Source: Nitrosomonas sp.
GTDB lineage: Bacteria > Pseudomonadota > Gammaproteobacteria > Burkholderiales > Nitrosomonadaceae
Length of the DNA: 64,000 nucleotides
Direction of reading: 5' to 3'
NCBI GenBank assembly: GCA_021774075.1
Contig: JAJFJK010000038.1
Span: 4,880 to 68,879 of the forward strand
The stretch's first letter is position 1, and each line of letters starts with the position of its first letter. The translations under genes and the position numbers were made by a program. Positions 56,523-64,000 of the stretch are shown piece after piece. Below the pieces are notes generated by a model. It was not told the origin of the DNA. It ran no database searches and was given only the letters and a program-made list of their open reading frames with translations.

Positions 56523-57170
56523 ATGAAAAAAATTTCCAGAAGAAACATTATAAAATTTGGCATGCTGGGCAGCCTAACGGGCATACTTGGTGTCGGTAAC
56601 AGTATTGCAAAAATACTAACGAAACCAACACCTAGAGAGGTTGAAGGCCCGTTTTATCCGGTTGCAGACCAGACAGACAAAGATGCCGATTTAACAAAAA
56701 TTAATGGCCGAAATGGCTTGGCCAAGGGTCAGCATATCATTATTAGTGGTCAAGTTAGGAACATAAGCGGCCAACCGGTTAAAAATGCGGTCATTGAAAT
56801 CTGGCAGGCCAATGCGAATGGCCGCTATCATCATCCTCGTGACCCTAATAAAGCGCCGCTTGATCCAAATTTCCAGGGTTGGTCAGTCATCAAAAGTGAG
56901 CAGAATGGCACTTATCATTTTAAAACGGTGACCCCCGGTTCTTATCCAGCCACAAAAAACTGGATCAGACCACCGCATGTTCATTTTAAAATTTATAAGC
57001 AGGGTTACCCAACGCTAATTACGCAGATGTATTTTCCTGATGAAGCACTCAATAAGACCGACTTGTTATTGACCCAAAAAAGGGCGACGGAACAAGCTGC
57101 AATGATTGCTAACAGAGTTGGTCAACAAGGCAATTTAATTATTTACGAGTATAATATTATTTTGTCCTAA
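56523..57170 (+). CDS. Intradiol ring-cleavage dioxygenase-like protein with a Tat-type signal
   Basis: SRRNIIKFG twin-arginine signal. VEGPFYP, IEIWQANANGRYHH and PPHVHFKI motifs of the protocatechuate/intradiol dioxygenase fold. Confidence 0.8.
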   Translation: MKKISRRNIIKFGMLGSLTGILGVGNSIAKILTKPTPREVEGPFYPVADQTDKDADLTKINGRNGLAKGQHIIISGQVRNISGQPVKNAVIEIWQANANGRYHHPRDPNKAPLDPNFQGWSVIKSEQNGTYHFKTVTPGSYPATKNWIRPPHVHFKIYKQGYPTLITQMYFPDEALNKTDLLLTQKRATEQAAMIANRVGQQGNLIIYEYNIILS

Positions 57171-57219
57171 AAATCGCTAGGCTATGGCTAATAAGGTTCT
57201 TGATTCTAAGGAATTTTAC

Positions 57220-59859
57220 TTATAATTCCACGCTGCATTTGAAATCAGCTTTGGCAAATATTTTATCAGTATCATCTGCTGGTACAGGTCTTGAGAACAG
57301 GAAGCCCTGCCCATAATCACACCCCATCGCTAACAGCAATTTATATTGTAAAGGCGATTCAATTCCTTCTGCGATAACTTTGATATTGAGTTTGTGCGCC
57401 ATAACAATTATTGCTTCACATAAAGCAATATCTTGAGAGTCTGGTGTTAAGTTTTGTATAAATGAACGATCTATTTTTATGTAGTCGATATCAAGTTCTT
57501 TAATGCGCGATAATGATGAATAACCAACGCCAAAGTCATCTAAGGCTACGCCAATTTGTGCATTACGAAATTCTATTAGCTGCTCAAAAACTTTCGATTC
57601 ATTTTCAAGCAGAAGACTTTCGGTAATTTCAATGACAATATGACCTCCTGCGAGATCAATCTCTTCAATATAAGCTAACCAGTTATTGAGGATGTTTTTA
57701 TTTTGAAATTGTGCGGGTGACATATTAATGCTGATTTTAAATTTCTTGTCGTACTGCGTTATCCATTTTTTTGTTTGATTGACTGATTCCTTAAATACCC
57801 AGTTGCCAATCTCTCTAATTAATCCTATTTTTTCGGCTATTGGGATGAAGTCCTTTGGATTAATAATTCCTTTTGATGGATGGTTCCAGCGTATTAGTGC
57901 TTCGAATTTTTTGATTTCTAGTGTATTTAAATCAACAATCGGTTGATAATGCAGTTGAAACTGATCTAAAGCTATTGCTTGATGTAGCTCGATTATTTGT
58001 TCCTGGCGATTCTGAGCCTCTTGTTGCATTGAGGGGGTAAAATATTTAAAACAACATTTGCCGGAAGTTTTTGCGCGATACATGGCTTGATCAGCATGCC
58101 TAAGTAAGGATGCAGAATCCTGGGCATCGGAGGGGAAAAGTGAAATCCCTATGCTTGCAGAAATGTAAGCTTTTTCCAGTGCAAGTTGGAACGGCTCCGA
58201 GAGAGACTTAATAATATTTGTTGCAATTCGATCAATATTAATGGTGTCTTCAAAGTCGGGCAATATAACAGTGAATTCATCACCGCCAATTCGTGCAATT
58301 GTATCGGTTTCTCTTACGTTAGAAATAATACGTTGAGATGCTTCTTTAAGTAAATGGTCACCCAGCTCATGCCCTAGAGAATCATTAATATCTTTAAAGC
58401 GATCTAAATCGATAAATAATAGTGCAAATGGTTGGTTGGTGCGATTTGATTTTCGAATTGCTTGCTGTACTCGATCGTTAAACATTCTGCGATTAGGTAA
58501 CTTGGTTAACGAATCAAAGTTCGCTTGCTCTACGATAACCCTATCAGATTCTTTCTTGTCTGTGATGTCATAGAATAATGCCACGCGATGATCTACCAGT
58601 CCATTGGTGTCTTTAATCGATGTAATATTGATTTCTTCTGGGTAAATATCACCGTTTTTTCGTTTATTCCAGATCTCCCCTTGCCAAAACCCGGTGTTGT
58701 TAATGCTCTCCCACATGTTTTGGTAGAACAATTTATCATGCAGTCCTGAGCTGAGAATTCTGGGGTTTTTTCCTATGATATCTTTTTCTGAGTAGCCTGT
58801 TATGCGGGTGAATGCAGGATTTATACTGATAATGGCATTGTTGATATCGGTGACAAACATTGCTTGGCTGCTATGCTGATAAACCGCATTGGCAAGTTGA
58901 CGCTCTGTGATATCTGTATGGGTGCCAACCATTCGCAACGCTTTGCCATTTTTGTCACGATTGATCACTTTTCCTCGTGAGATAACCCATGACCAACTTC
59001 CATTCTCGCGTAACACCCGGTGCTTATTTTGGTAGAAGTCAGTTTTACCATCGAGGTGCTCTTGTAGTGCAGTCTCAACTTTCAAAATATCATCTGGATG
59101 GATTCTTGATTTTCTTGATGTGTTATGTGATTTCTTCTCAATTTTTTCTAATAAAGGATGACTGTTTTTGGAGTAATATTCTTTATCTTGTTCGAGACTC
59201 CAATCCCATACGGATTCGCTGCTTCCTTCTAAAATAAAGTCCCAACGTTCTTCACTGGCTTGAAGTTCCCTTTCAGCTCGCATGCGTAGTGATTTCTCTC
59301 TCATCAGTTCTAATGTTCGATGAGAGAGATTGTCGTACATATTGAGAACGGTATTGATAAGGGTTCTTGTCAAGCCAGACATTTCTTCTTCAGCGAGAAT
59401 TTTGGCTTGCTCGATTGATTTATTGGCGTCAATAGCTTTAACGACCTTTGCCATTCGCTTGTCACTGTCCAGAATATGGAAGGCTAGCCAATGCGACAGA
59501 AAGGAGACAATTTCCTGTATTACTTGATCTAGTGGTTTATTTTCTTCTTCTTTTTTTAAAGCAATAACCTTGTCAATAAACGACTCATGAGTGTGTTCGT
59601 GTTTTTCATACCACTCATCATCATCCTTGAAATAGCTTTTCCATATTTTTTCTTCAGTTTTAAAGTGATAGTCCGCATAGTCTGCCAGTTCATCAAATAT
59701 CTTATTTAGAACAATGGGGGTGGATCTAGAGGCGAGGTGGGTCGCAAGTTGATTTAAAATATGTACCAACTGTTTATGTTGTTCATCAATTTGATCAATT
59801 CCCGTTTCGAAGTTTTTGTTCCATGGAAAAATTTCAATAAATTCAACATGATCATTCAT
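57220..59859 (-). CDS. Hemerythrin-like domain, PAS, PAS, GGDEF, EAL signalling protein
   Basis: N-terminal WNKNFETGIDQIDEQHKQLV hemerythrin signature. Two PAS segments. IGGDEF and EALIRW motifs are intact. Confidence 0.9.
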   Translation of the reverse strand: MNDHVEFIEIFPWNKNFETGIDQIDEQHKQLVHILNQLATHLASRSTPIVLNKIFDELADYADYHFKTEEKIWKSYFKDDDEWYEKHEHTHESFIDKVIALKKEEENKPLDQVIQEIVSFLSHWLAFHILDSDKRMAKVVKAIDANKSIEQAKILAEEEMSGLTRTLINTVLNMYDNLSHRTLELMREKSLRMRAERELQASEERWDFILEGSSESVWDWSLEQDKEYYSKNSHPLLEKIEKKSHNTSRKSRIHPDDILKVETALQEHLDGKTDFYQNKHRVLRENGSWSWVISRGKVINRDKNGKALRMVGTHTDITERQLANAVYQHSSQAMFVTDINNAIISINPAFTRITGYSEKDIIGKNPRILSSGLHDKLFYQNMWESINNTGFWQGEIWNKRKNGDIYPEEINITSIKDTNGLVDHRVALFYDITDKKESDRVIVEQANFDSLTKLPNRRMFNDRVQQAIRKSNRTNQPFALLFIDLDRFKDINDSLGHELGDHLLKEASQRIISNVRETDTIARIGGDEFTVILPDFEDTINIDRIATNIIKSLSEPFQLALEKAYISASIGISLFPSDAQDSASLLRHADQAMYRAKTSGKCCFKYFTPSMQQEAQNRQEQIIELHQAIALDQFQLHYQPIVDLNTLEIKKFEALIRWNHPSKGIINPKDFIPIAEKIGLIREIGNWVFKESVNQTKKWITQYDKKFKISINMSPAQFQNKNILNNWLAYIEEIDLAGGHIVIEITESLLLENESKVFEQLIEFRNAQIGVALDDFGVGYSSLSRIKELDIDYIKIDRSFIQNLTPDSQDIALCEAIIVMAHKLNIKVIAEGIESPLQYKLLLAMGCDYGQGFLFSRPVPADDTDKIFAKADFKCSVEL

Positions 59860-60097
59860 TTGGTAGAGTTCGCCGTTGTGTGTTGATAAAATATCCTTGG
59901 TTGATTTAGCTAATTTTAAGAGACTCTTTTGGTGTGTATTTCAAAATGCAGTGTTCTAGAAGAACGTTGTAGAGATTTTTTTCTTTTAGGTTGGCAGAAA
60001 CAGTTAAGACAAAATTTTATTAACCGGGTTCGTTTTTGCCCATTTTCGCAGTAGATTAGCCATAAACCCAATCGGGTTGTTCATTCTTATTAAAGAT

Positions 60098-60150
60098 TAT
60101 TGATCAACAAGGATATTTAACCATTTACGAGTACAATATTGTCCTGAAAA
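60098..60150 (+). pseudogene. Remnant of a dioxygenase gene 3' end (direct repeat of 57111-57170)
   Basis: The remnant attgatcaacaaggatatttaaccatttacgagtacaatattgtcctgaaaa aligns with gttggtcaacaaggcaatttaattatttacgagtataatattattttgtcctaaaaa. It encodes DQQGYLTIYEYNIVL, compared with GQQGNLIIYEYNIILS*. Confidence 0.6.
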
Positions 60151-60196
60151 CAAAACGGCACGCTGGTATATTAAAACTGCCGCTTAAGCATCATAA

Positions 60197-61180
<984 letters not shown>

Positions 61181-61210
61181 GCTATGATTGTGGATTTGGA
61201 TTGAAAGGCT

Positions 61211-61774
61211 ATGAAACAACGCGATAAACAATCTAAATCTGGCTCAATGGATGATGAGGATGATAGTGCGTTGTTTCGTGATGCAATGCATGGTGTGGCG
61301 CCGTTAGCAGATGCAAACACAGTTGTTCACAAACAGCCGCAACCGCCAGTGATTCCCCGGCCAGCAAAACATCAAGCGCAAGATGCTGTAGAAGACTCAC
61401 TCTCTGATCATATTGCATTGGAAATTGAAGACGGGGATGAATGGTCTTACCTGCGCCCTGGTTTAGCACGCTTAACACTGCGGCGCTTACGGCGCGGTTA
61501 TTGGAAAATCCAGGCCTATTTGGATTTACATGGTTTTACGCGTGACGAGGCAAGGCAGGCGTTGGTGGCTTTCCTGGATGAATGTGCGCAGAATGAATAC
61601 CGCTGTGTACGTGTTATCCATGGCAAGGGACTCAGTTCAAAAAATCGCCAACCCGTGTTGAAAATCAGGATTGGAAACTGGCTTGCGCAGCGCGATGATG
61701 TTCTGGCTTTTTGTCAGGCTAAGCCTGAAGATGGCGGTGGCGGTGCGGTGGTGATTTTGCTCAAGTCTTCATAA
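61211..61774 (+). CDS. Smr-domain protein (SmrA-like endonuclease)
   Basis: C-terminal Smr domain: LDLHGFTRDEA ... VRVIHGKG. Confidence 0.85.
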   Translation: MKQRDKQSKSGSMDDEDDSALFRDAMHGVAPLADANTVVHKQPQPPVIPRPAKHQAQDAVEDSLSDHIALEIEDGDEWSYLRPGLARLTLRRLRRGYWKIQAYLDLHGFTRDEARQALVAFLDECAQNEYRCVRVIHGKGLSSKNRQPVLKIRIGNWLAQRDDVLAFCQAKPEDGGGGAVVILLKSS

Positions 61775-62149
61775 TTATAATGATGGATTGGATTCGTGTG
61801 GAAAAGCCTTTTCATACTGACTTTGGCATGTAATACAACGCTGTGCGGAAGGGTGCGCCATCAGTCGGTCAAATCCAATTTCCTCGTCACAATCAATACA
61901 ATCGCCAAATTCCAGTTCCATAAATTGCTTCAGTGATACGTCGAGTTCGCGCATCTCAATAATCTGGCGATCAATAAGTGCTGTATCAATATCATCTGGA
62001 ATATTGTGAATATCATCAGCCAAATTAACATCAAACCCATTCTCGGAGTGCAGCAGTTCGCTTCGAATTTCTTCCTGAAGCTGTGTATAACGCTTTTGCA
62101 TAGCAGCTTTCAGTTGCGTTAATTGATCTTGCGTAAAGTTCGTCATCAT
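61775..62149 (-). CDS. DksA/TraR-family C4 zinc-finger protein
   Basis: Coiled-coil N-terminus plus CIDCDEEI...CITC four-Cys zinc finger. Confidence 0.8.
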   Translation of the reverse strand: MMTNFTQDQLTQLKAAMQKRYTQLQEEIRSELLHSENGFDVNLADDIHNIPDDIDTALIDRQIIEMRELDVSLKQFMELEFGDCIDCDEEIGFDRLMAHPSAQRCITCQSQYEKAFPHESNPSL

Positions 62150-62230
62150 GCACCTTCAATTGTAATTTTTTCAATGCGCATTCTGCAAGTAATCAGTTGT
62201 CCTCATATTGATTCGTATCAATAGAATCCA

Positions 62231-62764
62231 TCACATTGCTTGCAACCGTTTTAAATCTTCAATGACATCCGTTGAATTATTTGTTGCGCTGACTGATAAA
62301 TACACCTTGGCAATCTTGCCTTGTGGATCAATCAGAAAAGTATTGCGCTGAGCAAATTTTATAATACCTAAATTTATAAGCGAATAATATTTTTTTGCAA
62401 TTTCCATCTTATTGTCAGCCAGAAGCGGAAATTGCAAGTTATATTTTTTGGCAAAATCAGCATGGCTGTGTGTGTCGTCTACACTGATACCAATGACCTT
62501 GGCGCCTAAATCTGTCAGTTTTTGCAGATTATCTCGAAACGTGCAGGCTTGTTTTGTGCAGCCCGGCGTGTCATCTTTTGGATAAAAATACAGTGCCAGC
62601 CATGTGCCTTGGAATTCTTCTAAGCGATGTATTTTCCCATGCTGATCAGCTAATTTAAAATCAGGTGCGGATTGCCCTACTTTGAGCGGATTTTTACGCC
62701 GTGTGAAAAGCAAAAAAACCAATCCGATCGGCATTAATATTATTGTTATTATTAGCCATTCCAT
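62231..62764 (-). CDS. bcp: Peroxiredoxin of the Bcp/PrxQ type with an N-terminal membrane anchor
   Basis: The FYPKDDTPGCTKQAC motif holds the peroxidatic and resolving Cys residues. N-terminal hydrophobic helix. Confidence 0.85.
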   Translation of the reverse strand: MEWLIITIILMPIGLVFLLFTRRKNPLKVGQSAPDFKLADQHGKIHRLEEFQGTWLALYFYPKDDTPGCTKQACTFRDNLQKLTDLGAKVIGISVDDTHSHADFAKKYNLQFPLLADNKMEIAKKYYSLINLGIIKFAQRNTFLIDPQGKIAKVYLSVSATNNSTDVIEDLKRLQAM

Positions 62765-62779
62765 GATGATTCCCCGTGA

Positions 62780-64000
62780 TTATTTTATGATATTTTGTTT
62801 TGCTGGCCATAGCCAGAAACATAATAATAATGCGGCACAAGCAGCTATTATGCCAGCAAACAAAAATGCGGTTGCGGCATTGTAAAGATACCAGATTGTG
62901 CCAAATAATAAGCCGGCCGGTATTGCTGCAATGCCACTGGTTAAATGATACCAGCCAAAAGCTGTGCCACGTTCATTTGATTTTGCATAATCACTGATTA
63001 ATGCCCGCTCAGCGCCTTCACTCATACCAATAAACAATCCATAAAAAATACTCACCATCCATAATTCTGTATTATCGGTTACCAAACTTAACATCAAGAA
63101 CGATAATGCGAAGGCAATCCAGCCTATCAGTATTAACATGCCACGCCCAAAATGATCGGCTAATTGTCCGCCCGAAGTTGACGTGATGGCTTTTGAAAAG
63201 TTTAATGCCGACCACAACAGTAATAATTCAACAACACCTAATCCCAACTCATGGCCCAATAATAAAATATAAGTTTCGGAAGCGCGTGCAAAGGTAAAAA
63301 GCATTAATACCAACAGATAATGCTGCATTGGGCGGGATAATGCAGACCAGCGTAGTGGTGATAATGGTGGCTGCGATTCTAATTCTGTCGGTGCTAGAGG
63401 AGGTTTTTTTTCTTCTGTTACGCCAACACTGATGAGTAATACTGCAATAAATCCGGGAACAGCCGACCATAAAATGACTTCACTAAGACTTAAATCAGAC
63501 CATGCTAAAACAGCTGCTGCTGTTAATCCGCCAGCAACCGCACCGGCATTATCCAAGGCGCGGTGAAAACCAAATGCGTAGCCACGCATATGTGGTGGTG
63601 TTGCGTCGGCCACCAGCGCGTCACGCGGGGCGCTGCGTAATCCTTTGCCAACACGATCAATACTACGTAAAATCAACACAACCACCCATGTGCCAGCCAA
63701 GCCCAAGAGCGGGCGGGATAGATTAGAGAGTGTATAGCCTGTTACGGCCAAAGTTTTACGTCGCCCGTGCTTCACGTCAGAATGCCTGCCAGCCCACAGT
63801 TTAATAAAACAAGCCAGTGCGTCAGCAACGCCCTCAATGAGTCCAAGTGCAATTGGTCCGGCAGCCAATACAGAGGCTAGTAATATTGGAATGAGGGGAA
63901 TGACAATATCAGAAGCGAAGTCATTGAAAAAACTGACCAGAGCGAGAAAAATTACAGTTTGGGGCAGCTTTTTTGAATCTGAAGCAGGCGTGCAATTTGG
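62780..64000 (-). CDS. MFS transporter (5' end runs off the window)
   Basis: The frame stays open from 63868 to base 64000 (...KKLPQTVIFLALVSFFNDFASDIVIPLIPILLASV...). Multiple TM helices and an MFS-type loop (GRHSDVKHGRRK). Confidence 0.8.
   Translation of the reverse strand, partial: PNCTPASDSKKLPQTVIFLALVSFFNDFASDIVIPLIPILLASVLAAGPIALGLIEGVADALACFIKLWAGRHSDVKHGRRKTLAVTGYTLSNLSRPLLGLAGTWVVVLILRSIDRVGKGLRSAPRDALVADATPPHMRGYAFGFHRALDNAGAVAGGLTAAAVLAWSDLSLSEVILWSAVPGFIAVLLISVGVTEEKKPPLAPTELESQPPLSPLRWSALSRPMQHYLLVLMLFTFARASETYILLLGHELGLGVVELLLLWSALNFSKAITSTSGGQLADHFGRGMLILIGWIAFALSFLMLSLVTDNTELWMVSIFYGLFIGMSEGAERALISDYAKSNERGTAFGWYHLTSGIAAIPAGLLFGTIWYLYNAATAFLFAGIIAACAALLLCFWLWPAKQNIIK

Overview
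Chromosomal window from a Gram-negative, probably beta- or gammaproteobacterial genome (TolC, LolCD, TonB-dependent receptor and Slt are present). GC content is moderate to low. No rRNA, tRNA or CRISPR array was seen. From left to right: (1) The 3' part of a diversity-generating retroelement, consisting of a DGR-type reverse transcriptase followed by an FGE/C-type-lectin-fold target gene. (2) A zeta-toxin-like cassette bracketed by a duplicated mnmE 3' end. (3) The conserved rpmH-rnpA-yidD-yidC-mnmE block. (4) A roughly 20-kb S-layer locus. It holds a type I secretion system (ABC, HlyD, TolC), a CRP-family regulator with a perfect CRP box, a Wzm/Wzt-dependent glycan cluster containing a 1535-aa multidomain enzyme, an RsaA-like S-layer protein gene, and a TPR-GT41-methyltransferase. 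(5) A TonB-dependent receptor flanked by two copies of a ~141-bp MITE, followed by a CDF transporter. (6) The most unusual part, at 34.4-47.2 kb. It holds a CHASE2 class III nucleotide cyclase and two paralogous ~1100-aa proteins (FecR domain, TPR, C-terminal outer-membrane-barrel-like domain), each followed by small Cys-containing proteins with C-terminal CW. A cNMP-binding CRP-family regulator and conserved promoter/leader blocks complete the cluster. I propose this as an undescribed trans-envelope signalling or secretion module. (7) Housekeeping genes (lolC/E, lolD, an ABC exporter, cca, slt, gdhA, trxB, smr, a dksA-like gene, bcp, an MFS transporter). These are interrupted by two inverted copies of a second MITE family and by a hemerythrin-PAS-GGDEF-EAL gene bracketed by a duplicated dioxygenase 3' end. 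All calls rest on reading the translated ORFs and the DNA by eye; no database search was run.
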